From: a virus
Strand: one strand, 5' to 3'
IMG/VR virus record: IMGVR_UViG_3300020193_000004
Span: 51,145-115,144 of that record
DNA length: 64,000 nt
Numbering within the stretch: the first letter of the stretch is position 1; the number at the start of each line of letters is the position of its first letter. Shown piece after piece: positions 37,585-46,072 of this stretch. A program made the translations under genes and the position numbers. Under the pieces are notes generated by a model. It saw only the letters and a list, made by a program, of their open reading frames with translations. It did no database searches and had not been told where the DNA came from.

Positions 37585-38026
37585 GGGACGTCTCCAGATA
37601 CGCGATCATCTTCCTCAGCAGCACGGGGCTGTCTCGGATCGACCCGAGCACCCGATTACACCGATTGCACAGCCACCCACGAAACGTCCCGCTTGCGTGG
37701 CAGTGGTCGAACACGACCTTACCGGACTCTCCGCACAGCTCACAAGCGGCTGGACGCGGGCGCCCGGCAAGAGCCACACGCGCCGCTTCCTGCCGGGCTT
37801 TGAACTGCTGTTGCCGGCGTTGTGCTCCCTCAGGGTCGGCCGAGCGGCGGCGACGCTGCGCCTCCCGATCGAGATCTCGAACTCGTTCCTGGTTCTGCTC
37901 CCGGTGTCGATCGCGAGCAGCCCTGACTTTGTCCGGGTGGCGCTCTCGGTACCTACGCGCTTGCTCTGCGACCTTGTCGGGATTCTGCTTCCGCCATGCC
38001 TTGACCACTGCGTAGTCGCCAGACAT
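37556..38026 (-). CDS. Endonuclease VII-type (His-Me finger) putative homing endonuclease
   Basis: CELCG...VFDHCHASGTFRGWLCNRCNRVLG...D; Arg-rich helical N-terminus. Confidence 0.9.
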   Translation of the reverse strand: MSGDYAVVKAWRKQNPDKVAEQARRYRERHPDKVRAARDRHREQNQERVRDLDREAQRRRRSADPEGAQRRQQQFKARQEAARVALAGRPRPAACELCGESGKVVFDHCHASGTFRGWLCNRCNRVLGSIRDSPVLLRKMIAYLETSHGSDNATAE

Positions 38027-38030
38027 CGAC

Positions 38031-38053
38031 CACCTCCATAAGTCATGGAGATG
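38031..38053 (-). promoter_or_regulatory. Hairpin covering the endonuclease Shine-Dalgarno
   Basis: Minus strand CATCTCCATG-ACT-TATGGAGGTG: 10-bp stem with two G-U pairs, includes GGAGG just upstream of ATG 38026. Confidence 0.6.
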
Positions 38054-38067
38054 ATAACCCTCGGCTC

Positions 38068-38154
38068 CGCGTCATGGATGGGGTAGCGCCGCCCAGGAAG
38101 CGCGAAGGCACCCTCACCGAGGTTGTTGCGCTGGTCCGTGGTGAGCTCGGACAT
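38068..38154 (-). pseudogene. Relic original 5' end of the DUF6582-like gene
   Basis: MSELTTDQRNNLGEGAFALPGRRYPIHD versus MDLTTQQRNSLSDGAFALPEKRKYPVHD; its ATG overlaps the upstream TGA. Confidence 0.8.
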
Positions 38155-41100
38155 CAGCGACCTCCCAGGGTCGGCTGCGGCGCGGGCTCGGGGTTGCGCT
38201 TCTTGAGGAAGTGACGGATGCCAAGAGCCCCGGCAGCCCCAGCAGCCGCGACCCCAGCCCCGAGCACGGCATTGCGCCTGGTCAGGTGCCTGGCGAACCC
38301 ACCTGCAGCAGGCGCCGCCGCGTGCGCGGCCTCCGCAACAACCGGGGCCGCGTGCGACGCCGCCGCTGCCGGCACAGGCGTGTGAACGGGCGCAGGCGTG
38401 TGCACGGGTGCTGCAGGCGGTGGTACCGGCTTCGGAGGTGCTGCTGCAGGCGCAGACGGTGCTGCAGGTGCAACGTCGGAGATCTGCGGGGTCGCAGCCG
38501 GCTGCCGACTGTGGACACGGTCCTGGAGCTTCTGGTATCGATCGGCCACGCGGTTCAGACGCTGCGCCTTGTCAGCATCGCCTGCGGCAGCAGCGGCGGC
38601 GGCGTGTGCACGTAGCTCCTTCGCGCTACCTGTTAGCTCCCTCGCGGAAATGACCGTCTTGCCCCTCCGGACTTGCGCGGCACCCGCATCCGCGGCCTGC
38701 TGCACCGCTGGTGCGTGAGAGATCTGCGGGGTCGCAGCGGCTGGCGTCGGTGCAGCCGGTCGAGGTGCCGTGGGCTCCGCGGTCCAATGTCCGTCATAGG
38801 CAGCCGCGATGTCCTGACCCGTGTTGATGTGCGCCGGAGAAGGGTTCTTCTTTACATGCTCCCCCCACTCGTTCACAGCTCGAGAGACCTGTGCACGCCG
38901 AGCCTCCTGCGCAGCGTTGTGCTGTGCCGCCGCCTGCGCCTCCTGCGCTGCTTGTGCCTGCTGCGCACGCGCCAGCTGCGCCGGGGCCAGCCTCTGCGAG
39001 TTCTCTACGGCAACCGCAGGCGCCTGGGCCGCACGACGGGCCGCTTCCCGTGCCTGCAGCTCTGCTCCGGTGAGCGCCTCCTTCACGAAGAAGGCACGGA
39101 TGCTCGCCATCTTGGATGCTTCGGACATGGGCGCCCCACAGCTCGAGCAGTGACCGGTGTTCCCGACAGTACCCGTACCGCAGTACGCGCACTTGTACTT
39201 CTGCGGGGCGGCCGGGGACGACGACGACGACGAGCGGTCGCCGTAGTGGTGGTGCTCCGTCCGTGCAGGACGAAGCGCGTTGGAGATGACCGCGGCCTGG
39301 AGAGCATGCCGGTGGCGCCGCTCCTCGCCAGCGACGCCCTCGATCGCATGCCGGATCGCCTGGTGTGCCTCGTCCCTCTCCGCCGCCGGTCCTGCGGTGT
39401 TGACTCGCTTCCACTTTGCGATGGCCGCGTCATCGGATGCCTTCATGCCCCCGCCGATGAGCGCGCCGCCGAGACCGCCCACCACAGCCCCCAGCGCGGC
39501 CCCGCGGAGCCCGTGCCCGCGCCCGCCGTGCATTCCTGCGAGAGCTCCCGTGAGGAGGCCGAGTCCACCGCCGACACCCCCGCCGGTCGTCAGCGCGGTA
39601 CCGAGATCAGTCTGCTTTTCCTTCGCCTTCTTCCTGCCGTAGTCGATGACCGCCTTCTCCCGATCACCTTGGCTGACTGCGGCAGAGGCGAGGTAGTCAC
39701 GTCCGGGGTGGCTGGCTCCGAAGACCGCGGCGCCCTTCTCGCCAGCGGGCATCGCCGGTGACATCGGCATGGGCTGCGCTGCCGGGACCGTCTGTGGGTC
39801 CGGAGCGGTCGGTGCGGGCTGCATCGCATCGGCGATCTGGGGAACTGGTTGTTCCTGCGTGGCGGCAGGCGGGGCCGCCGCGGACGGATCGCGCTGCTTG
39901 AGTAGGTACTGGTTCGTCTCGTGCGTGCTCGCGATGCCCATCAGCAGGTCGTCGATCCCAAGGGAGAGCCCGCCGCCCTGGTCGAGGGAGCTGTAGGCCT
40001 CGAACAGGGTTGCCTGGAGCTCTCCCTCAGCGATGAGCGCCGCCTCGAAGATGCTGCCCGCGCCCTGCATCCACTGCTGGGAGCGGGCGGAGGCCTCGGC
40101 GAAGATCGTGCCGGGGTCCAGGCTCTGGTTGCCACCGTGCCCGACGATGCGCTCCGCCACGCTGTCGAACTCCTCCCGCACACCCTCGTACAGGCGCGTG
40201 AAGAGCTGGTGGTCTGAGTACGACGCCTCGCCCTGGCTGGTCCAGTGGGCGAAGTAGTAGAGCTGGTGGAGCGCGAAGAGCGTCGAGAGTACGGGGGCCA
40301 GTGAGGATGCGACGGCGTCCGGCACGGGGGTCGGGGTGTGCTCGGCGGCCTTCTCCGGCCCAGCTTCTCGAAGACGCTCCTCGATCCGCCCCAGTCGAGA
40401 CTTCAAGCCTGACCTGAACCCATAGTGTCCCGCGGCCGCACCCAGTGCCATCGAGCCGAGAGCGATCGGAAGGTCTGCCGCGCCAAGACGCGGACCGAAG
40501 TGAGAGGCGATGCCCATCCCCAAGGCGCCTCCCGCAGCCCCCGGAAGCGTCGCCGTGCGGCTCGCGAGCTGCTGCTCGACACGCTCCTTCTCGGCCAGCA
40601 GCTCCTCGCGCGTCATGGAGCCTACGAGTCTCGGCGTACCTACAAGTGCCGGCCCCCCGACCTTGGTGGCGGCACCAGCCAGCGGGATGGGCGCCGCGCT
40701 GATCTTGTTGAGGCCCATCGCCGGCTCGGTGACGCGGCCGAAGCCGTTGCGCTGCTGGTAGGGCGGGTAGAGCGAGTCCAGCAGCCCGGGCGAGCTCGGC
40801 ATGCTGGTGGCGTCGGTGTCGAAGATCGCCGGGTTCAGCATGGCCTGCTGGATGCGCTCCTCGGTCAGCGGGTAGACCTGGCCGCCCGCCTCGAAGATGT
40901 AGAACTTCTGAAGGCGGCGGTTCTCCACGACGATGGGGATGCGGAGGACGTTGCCCGCGTTCGGGAGGTTGTCCTGGGGGCGCGACATCGTGCGGTTCTG
41001 GACCTGCGCGTAGCCCAGCGCGCCGCCGGCCTCGGGGTCCATCCGGTCGAGGACGATCTCGATGTCGTACCGCGTGAGGAAGGGGTTCTCCTTCTGCAGC

Positions 41101-41222
41101 TCGGAGAAGATGTGCGCGGGCCACTTCTTCTCGTCGTCCGGCATACGCGAGATCGCCGACGCGACCTTCGTGGCGAAGAGGTCGTCGGAGGTCTTGAGCT
41201 GGATCAGAAGGGGTTCATGCAT
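38154..41222 (-). CDS. Large modular head protein with Dps/ferritin-like domain, Gly zippers and Zn-ribbon
   Basis: AHWTSQGEASYSDHQLFTRLYE...DSVAERI; CAYC...CSSC; KVAS, KISA, KAAE, KGAA, KMAS, KEAL. Confidence 0.75.
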   Translation of the reverse strand: MHEPLLIQLKTSDDLFATKVASAISRMPDDEKKWPAHIFSELQKENPFLTRYDIEIVLDRMDPEAGGALGYAQVQNRTMSRPQDNLPNAGNVLRIPIVVENRRLQKFYIFEAGGQVYPLTEERIQQAMLNPAIFDTDATSMPSSPGLLDSLYPPYQQRNGFGRVTEPAMGLNKISAAPIPLAGAATKVGGPALVGTPRLVGSMTREELLAEKERVEQQLASRTATLPGAAGGALGMGIASHFGPRLGAADLPIALGSMALGAAAGHYGFRSGLKSRLGRIEERLREAGPEKAAEHTPTPVPDAVASSLAPVLSTLFALHQLYYFAHWTSQGEASYSDHQLFTRLYEGVREEFDSVAERIVGHGGNQSLDPGTIFAEASARSQQWMQGAGSIFEAALIAEGELQATLFEAYSSLDQGGGLSLGIDDLLMGIASTHETNQYLLKQRDPSAAAPPAATQEQPVPQIADAMQPAPTAPDPQTVPAAQPMPMSPAMPAGEKGAAVFGASHPGRDYLASAAVSQGDREKAVIDYGRKKAKEKQTDLGTALTTGGGVGGGLGLLTGALAGMHGGRGHGLRGAALGAVVGGLGGALIGGGMKASDDAAIAKWKRVNTAGPAAERDEAHQAIRHAIEGVAGEERRHRHALQAAVISNALRPARTEHHHYGDRSSSSSSPAAPQKYKCAYCGTGTVGNTGHCSSCGAPMSEASKMASIRAFFVKEALTGAELQAREAARRAAQAPAVAVENSQRLAPAQLARAQQAQAAQEAQAAAQHNAAQEARRAQVSRAVNEWGEHVKKNPSPAHINTGQDIAAAYDGHWTAEPTAPRPAAPTPAAATPQISHAPAVQQAADAGAAQVRRGKTVISARELTGSAKELRAHAAAAAAAGDADKAQRLNRVADRYQKLQDRVHSRQPAATPQISDVAPAAPSAPAAAPPKPVPPPAAPVHTPAPVHTPVPAAAASHAAPVVAEAAHAAAPAAGGFARHLTRRNAVLGAGVAAAGAAGALGIRHFLKKRNPEPAPQPTLGGR

Positions 41223-41318
41223 CGAGGGACCTCGCGTAGCAAGCAGCAGGATAACAGGAGGGGGCAGTTCTGGCTCACACCAGGGCGGGGACGAGGGCGG
41301 CGTTCTGGACGATCTCCT

Positions 41319-41513
41319 TCACCCGCCCGCCCATCGTACCAGGAGCTGGAGCCCCGCAGTGCCCTCGGCGACTTCCCCGGCGACAACGGGGAAGTCGCCG
41401 TTCACGGCGGCGATCATGCAGTCAGCGCACAGTTCGATGCCATCGCGTTCAAGTTCCATATGAGCCTCCGTGCTCACCCTGGAGTAGTAGCCGACCTCCC
41501 CGAGCTGGTTCAC
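41319..41513 (-). CDS. Small hypothetical protein
   Basis: ORF only. Confidence 0.35.
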   Translation of the reverse strand: MNQLGEVGYYSRVSTEAHMELERDGIELCADCMIAAVNGDFPVVAGEVAEGTAGLQLLVRWAGG

Positions 41514-41555
41514 TTTTTCAGGGAAGGTGATCGCCGGGCGGCAATGGCAGGTCGC

Positions 41556-41741
41556 CTATCCTTTCCCGGGCTCGGTCTGGGGCGCGGGTCGGCGCTGGAT
41601 CTTCACGTCGTCGAGCGCGGTCACGGCGAGCGAGACCCGCCCCGAGTCGGCCCTCGCGACAAAGACCTCCACGAGGCGACCGTCGGGGCCCGTCAACAGG
41701 ATCGCCTCCCCGGTCTTCAGGGTCAGGGTCAGGCGGCCCAC
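41556..41741 (-). CDS. CsrA/RsmA-like RNA-binding protein
   Basis: GTG 41741: MGRLTLTLKTGEAILLTGPDGRLVEVFVARADSGRVSLAVTALDDVKIQRR matches the CsrA pattern L.L.R..GE.I......I.V.V......VR.GI.AP..V.I.R. Confidence 0.65.
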   Translation of the reverse strand: MGRLTLTLKTGEAILLTGPDGRLVEVFVARADSGRVSLAVTALDDVKIQRRPAPQTEPGKG

Positions 41742-41917
41742 TATAGCGCCCGCAGTGCCGCGATCTCGGTCGCGTAGGTGGTCGCGTCGCGAACGGCATA
41801 ACGCTGGGCGCAAGCAAGGAAGGCGACGATCAGCACGGGACTACTCCTGGACAGGCGCGCAGAGCCAGAAAAACGGTTCGCCCCAGCGATGCGGGTCAAA
41901 GCAGTCTCCACGCCCAT
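41741..41917 (-). CDS. Small hypothetical protein
   Basis: MGVETALTRIAG...; stop overlaps the start of the CsrA-like gene. Confidence 0.35.
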   Translation of the reverse strand: MGVETALTRIAGANRFSGSARLSRSSPVLIVAFLACAQRYAVRDATTYATEIAALRAL

Positions 41918-42016
41918 CCTACCCGACGAGATGTGATCCGCGAGCGTCGCGACCCACGACGGGACCACGCCGGGCACTCGCGCCCGTACTGTCAGTTGCT
42001 CACGATCCTACGCGCG

Positions 42017-42382
42017 TCAGCGACGTTCTCGGCGTCTGCCTTTCTCACCCGTGCCTCCCTGCACGGGCGTATTCATGCCCACGGGGGCGCCCGGCGTGGA
42101 GGTCTCCACGCCGGGCGACAATCCCGGGGCCTCTGGGCCGCCGGGCTCCCAGCCGCCGGGGACGCTCATGCGCAGGGGCAGCATGTCGCCCACGCTGTAG
42201 GAGACAACGACCGACCGGCGGATGCTCCAATCGCGCACGACAAGCCGGGGGAAGGCTTCCTCGACGACCCCCTGGATGCCGCGCAGTAGCACGTTGTCGG
42301 AGAGCAACGGACAGGGTCCGATGCTCTCCGCGAGCTGGACACTCTCGGTGCCATCCGGAGCACGCAGACGGACGGCGACCAC
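42017..42382 (-). CDS. Hypothetical protein
   Basis: ORF following the fibre-like gene. Confidence 0.45.
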   Translation of the reverse strand: MVAVRLRAPDGTESVQLAESIGPCPLLSDNVLLRGIQGVVEEAFPRLVVRDWSIRRSVVVSYSVGDMLPLRMSVPGGWEPGGPEAPGLSPGVETSTPGAPVGMNTPVQGGTGEKGRRRERR

Positions 42383-42385
42383 GCG

Positions 42386-43729
42386 CTATACCATGTAGTC
42401 GATCTGGACGGTCTGCCCGGCGGGGATAGACGCGCCCCACTCGATCTTCGTGGCGCCGCCCTCCTCGATCACGCGGTACTCGTCGATGCTGGCCGGGACG
42501 CCCGTGACGAACCTGGCACGCTGCCCGTTGCGGAAGGCATGGATACCCGGGTAGTGTGCGGCGGGGACCACGTTCACCAGCGCGTGCTTCGTGGCGTTGC
42601 CGCCGTCCAGCGACTCGGCCTTCGCGCGGGCACCGATCTTGGCGAGGGTCACGGCGTCGTTGGCGAGGTCGCCGGTCGCGATGGCACCAGCCGCGAACTT
42701 ACCCGCGCCGATGGTGCTCGAGGCGATCTTATCGTTCGTGATCGCGAGGTTGCGAATGTGGTTCGTGGTCACGGCGCGGTCGGCATCGGTAGCCACGCTG
42801 TCCTTCAGCTTGCCCGCGTCCACCGCGTCATCCGCGATGTCAGCCGTGGCAATGCTGCCCGCAGCGTACTTCCCGGCGCTGACGCCGCCGTTGGCGATCT
42901 TCGCGCCGCTCACGGCAGAGTCGGCCATGTCGGCGTTGGCGATGCTACCCGCCGCGTACTTCCCGGCCACGACCGCGCCGTTCGCGATCTTCGTGGACGA
43001 GATCGCGGAGTCCTTGACGTGGTTCGTGGACACGGCGCGGGCGGAGTCATCGGCAGCGGAGGACGAGAGCTTGGCGCTGGTGACGGCGTCGGCGGCCAGG
43101 AGGCTGGTGACGATCTGCCCGGCGGCGAGCTGCGCGGCCGACTTGTCAACCATGGCGACGGTCGCGTCATCCCAGACCGGCATGTCGTTCAGGTCGAAAA
43201 TCTGCGCGTAGGCGAAGACGAACGGCGATGCCATCGTGTAGGCGATCTCGGTCCCGCTGCCGAACTCGCCGCTGAAGAAGCGGAGGGTGTAGCTGCCCGC
43301 CGTGGTGCGGGCGGAACAGGAGATCACGCCCCAGACCTCGCGACCGACGCTGTCCACGATGGCATCGCCGCTCGCGTCCATGATGGGCACCTTGCTGCTG
43401 CGGGCGCGAGCGTTCGCACCGACCTTGCCGGTCGTGGTGTTGAACTCGTTGCCGTTCGCCGCTTCCAGGAGAGCATCCTTGCCCTTGGCGACACCCTCGG
43501 GGTCCACGCCCGCGGCGCTGTCGAAGCCCAGCAGGGTCTTGACGTTCATCGTGCTTGCGGAAGGGCTCGCCTGCTCCGCGACCTGGACCCAGCGGCCCAC
43601 CAGCTTCGACTGGAGTGCGCTGGCCTTCGCGTCGGCGGCGAGCTTGGCGCCCGTGATGGAGGCGTCGGCGAGTTTGCTGGTGGTGACGCTGCTGTCGGTG
43701 TACTGGTCGGTGACAAACTGGAGAGGCAC
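42386..43729 (-). CDS. Fibre-like structural protein with AVTxxK[IL]A repeats
   Basis: Repeated SVTTSKLAD, ITGAKLAA, AVTSAKL, AISSTKIA, AITNDKIA; C-terminal FRNGQR beta module. Confidence 0.65.
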   Translation of the reverse strand: MPLQFVTDQYTDSSVTTSKLADASITGAKLAADAKASALQSKLVGRWVQVAEQASPSASTMNVKTLLGFDSAAGVDPEGVAKGKDALLEAANGNEFNTTTGKVGANARARSSKVPIMDASGDAIVDSVGREVWGVISCSARTTAGSYTLRFFSGEFGSGTEIAYTMASPFVFAYAQIFDLNDMPVWDDATVAMVDKSAAQLAAGQIVTSLLAADAVTSAKLSSSAADDSARAVSTNHVKDSAISSTKIANGAVVAGKYAAGSIANADMADSAVSGAKIANGGVSAGKYAAGSIATADIADDAVDAGKLKDSVATDADRAVTTNHIRNLAITNDKIASSTIGAGKFAAGAIATGDLANDAVTLAKIGARAKAESLDGGNATKHALVNVVPAAHYPGIHAFRNGQRARFVTGVPASIDEYRVIEEGGATKIEWGASIPAGQTVQIDYMV

Positions 43730-43778
43730 GGTAGGCTCCGAGCGTGAGGGGTAAAAGCGAGCGTGCCGCTTCCGACTC

Positions 43779-44531
43779 CTACGTCACGGCGACGATGTAT
43801 TCTACCTCGATGCTCTCCAGGGCGGAAGGGGTCAAGCCCTCCAGTAGCTCAAATGTCGATGCGCTTGCCTCCGCGAAGTCAACGCCGGTTAGGAGCCGCT
43901 GACCGTTCCGGTAGACGCGCATGGAACCGGTGACAGCGGGCTCGGGTAGCACGAAGACCTGCGTCTCCCCGTCGCACTGCTCGGACAGGTCGGACGACTT
44001 CAGCACCGCGTTCGGTCCGGTGATCCCGTACTCGGCTTCCAGTGCCTGCCCCGCGCCGGGGATGAACGAAAATGCGTCCAGCGTGACCAGCGCCCCGGCG
44101 ACGGTGAAGTCTCGCCCGGGGATCAGCCGCTGTCCGTTCCAGTACAGGCGCACCGTGGTCGCGGCGGCCGGGGTCTCGGGCAGGTCGAAGGTGATTGTCG
44201 CTCCGTCGCACTGCGCCGACAGGTCCGCAGACTTCCACTCCAGGCTCGCGTAGTAGATAACTTGTGGTTCCCCGAGGGGCTGGTAGAACTCGGCGTAGTC
44301 TTCTGACTGCGCGGAAACGTCGCCTGAGCGGCTGAACACGCTGGTCACGGGGGCCGCGGTCACGGGGACCTGCGCCTCCTTGATCGCGTCGAAGAGCCAC
44401 GTGGCGAGCGCCTGCGCATAGCCGGTCCTGTACCGGCGCTTCTCCTCCGCGCTCCACTCGGCGAAGCCCGGAGTGTACTGCTCCATCGCCGCGATCAGCG
44501 CCTTGCGCAGGGAGTTCTCGCTGACCGCCAT
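43779..44531 (-). CDS. Structural protein with two tandem beta modules
   Basis: DLSxQCDGxTxxFxLPE...Y.NGQRL..G.DF repeated twice. Confidence 0.65.
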   Translation of the reverse strand: MAVSENSLRKALIAAMEQYTPGFAEWSAEEKRRYRTGYAQALATWLFDAIKEAQVPVTAAPVTSVFSRSGDVSAQSEDYAEFYQPLGEPQVIYYASLEWKSADLSAQCDGATITFDLPETPAAATTVRLYWNGQRLIPGRDFTVAGALVTLDAFSFIPGAGQALEAEYGITGPNAVLKSSDLSEQCDGETQVFVLPEPAVTGSMRVYRNGQRLLTGVDFAEASASTFELLEGLTPSALESIEVEYIVAVT

Positions 44532-45706
44532 CAGTCCGTCTCCAGCTTTTGCGCGGTGTAGGCCTGCGCGCCGAGGGAGGCAGCGTGCTTGTCGATATTC
44601 GTGGAGGGCAGGCCGAGCGCCTTCGCCAGCGCGGAGACCTCGGTCCAGGCAGCCGCTGCGTCGGCGCTGAAACTCAGGTCGAAGAGAGCGCGCGCGGTCC
44701 CGTTCCCCACCTTCACCTTGTCTCCGGTGTGCGTGACTGCCAGCCCCGCTGCCGTGGTGGTGACGGAGGTGTCCGCGTCCAGAGTGACCGTACCATCGGT
44801 GTTGACCGTCAGCGTGACGGTGCTGCTCCCGAGGATTTTGATGACGGTCTTGCCCTTCGTGGTGAGCTCGATCTCTCCACCCTTGTTGATCGCGAGGGAC
44901 GAGGCTGCTGTGAGGTCCGCCTCCTCGACGTCCCCGTCCTCGTAGACGCGGAGGCGGACAACCGGGCCCGCGAGCTCGACGCTGTCCGGAGGTGCGCCGC
45001 TCTCGCCGGCCTCTCCATCAACCGCACCCTCAGTCGTGGCGTCGAGGGACCCACCCACCTGCAGACGCGCTGCGTAGGCCCGGTCGTCCGCGTACTCCTT
45101 CATCTTCAGGTCGAGTCGCGTCGCCTGGTGACCGTCCGGGTCCGACTCCGGGCGGTCGACCTCCCAGCGGGCAGACCCGCCGAACACGTCGAGCTTCGCC
45201 ACCTGGCAGATCGAGTGGATCGTGCTCGTGCGTCCGAGGTAAAGCGTGCGCGCGAGAGGGCCGCCGAAGATCTCCGTCACCTGGCCACGCCGAACGAACA
45301 GGCCGTTCCGGTCTCGGCCGAAGATGGCCATGTCGCCGGGGCCCATGCGCGGGCGGTTGTTCGTCGCCGACGGCTTGTTCTCGTCGCTCGAGGTGGCGAC
45401 GGAGCGGCTCGGATAGGGGCGGTACGCGACGATGAAGGGTGGCGAGTCCCCCTCGCTCGGTTCGCAGACCTGCACCAGCGCGCCGATGTCGGGCATGACA
45501 TACATGCCCTCCCCGTTCAGCAGGTGCAGGTAGCTACCGCCGAGCGGGACGTCGTACAGGACCTTGGAGACGTCTGTCCCCTCCGTGCGGACGATGCACG
45601 TCCAGCGGAGGGGATCGACGTCGATGATCTTCCCCGCCAGGATGATCGCGCCGCTGGGAGGTCCGCTGCTGGAGCTCCCGCGGTGTGCCCGCCTCGCGGT
45701 GGTCAT
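44531..45706 (-). CDS. Putative baseplate spike/hub protein (gp5/GpV-like)
   Basis: GKIIDVDP..WTC.V; G...MPDIGALV.V OB-fold-like pattern; beta-strand repeats near the C-terminus. Confidence 0.6.
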   Translation of the reverse strand: MTTARRAHRGSSSSGPPSGAIILAGKIIDVDPLRWTCIVRTEGTDVSKVLYDVPLGGSYLHLLNGEGMYVMPDIGALVQVCEPSEGDSPPFIVAYRPYPSRSVATSSDENKPSATNNRPRMGPGDMAIFGRDRNGLFVRRGQVTEIFGGPLARTLYLGRTSTIHSICQVAKLDVFGGSARWEVDRPESDPDGHQATRLDLKMKEYADDRAYAARLQVGGSLDATTEGAVDGEAGESGAPPDSVELAGPVVRLRVYEDGDVEEADLTAASSLAINKGGEIELTTKGKTVIKILGSSTVTLTVNTDGTVTLDADTSVTTTAAGLAVTHTGDKVKVGNGTARALFDLSFSADAAAAWTEVSALAKALGLPSTNIDKHAASLGAQAYTAQKLETD

Positions 45707-45712
45707 GCAGGC

Positions 45713-46072
45713 CTACTGCTGGCGCCGCGGTGCGGTCATGCGGCCGGCGAGGACGCCCGCGCCTCCGGCACCGATCATGCCGGCGCCAGCGAGCCCCGCG
45801 ACGCCCGCGGCCGTGCCGGGGTTCGCCGCGATGCCCCTGCCGAGGTTGCGCACGCCCTGGCCCGCTTCGTGGAGCCACGTCGTGCCCCGCGTAGGAACCC
45901 CCTGGCTCGCCTGGTACGCCGTGCGCTGCATCGCACCGCCGAGGCGCCCAACCTGGTGTCCCACCCACTTTGCACCGCTGGTGACGGCCTCGCCGACGGG
46001 CGCGAAGCTGATGGCCTCCTTGTCGAAACCCGCTTCCTTGTAGATCTCGTAGACGTGGGCGACCTTGTTCAT
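45713..46072 (-). CDS. Small Gly-zipper protein with KVAHVYEIY leader
   Basis: MNKVAHVYEIYKEAGFDKEA; AAGVAGLAGAGMIGAGGAGVLAG. Confidence 0.7.
   Translation of the reverse strand: MNKVAHVYEIYKEAGFDKEAISFAPVGEAVTSGAKWVGHQVGRLGGAMQRTAYQASQGVPTRGTTWLHEAGQGVRNLGRGIAANPGTAAGVAGLAGAGMIGAGGAGVLAGRMTAPRRQQ

Noticed and set aside
37500-38070. Group I intron carrying the endonuclease
   Set aside because: The ORF fills almost all of the insert, leaving no room for a ribozyme core; the duplicated gene start explains tolerance without splicing
37615-38154. 179-aa ORF as a real full-length protein
   Set aside because: Only the first ~29 residues are homologous; the rest is out-of-frame read-through across the endonuclease gene
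41739-41746. TATAGT as a -10 promoter box
   Set aside because: Explained by the overlapping TAG stop and GTG start of coupled ORFs
42386-43729. KLA/KIA motifs in the fibre-like protein as protease sites
   Set aside because: They belong to a regular structural repeat (AVTxxKIA), not to module boundaries
4356-45706. Extracellular contractile injection system or tailocin
   Set aside because: Capsid, portal, terminase and replication genes indicate a complete phage
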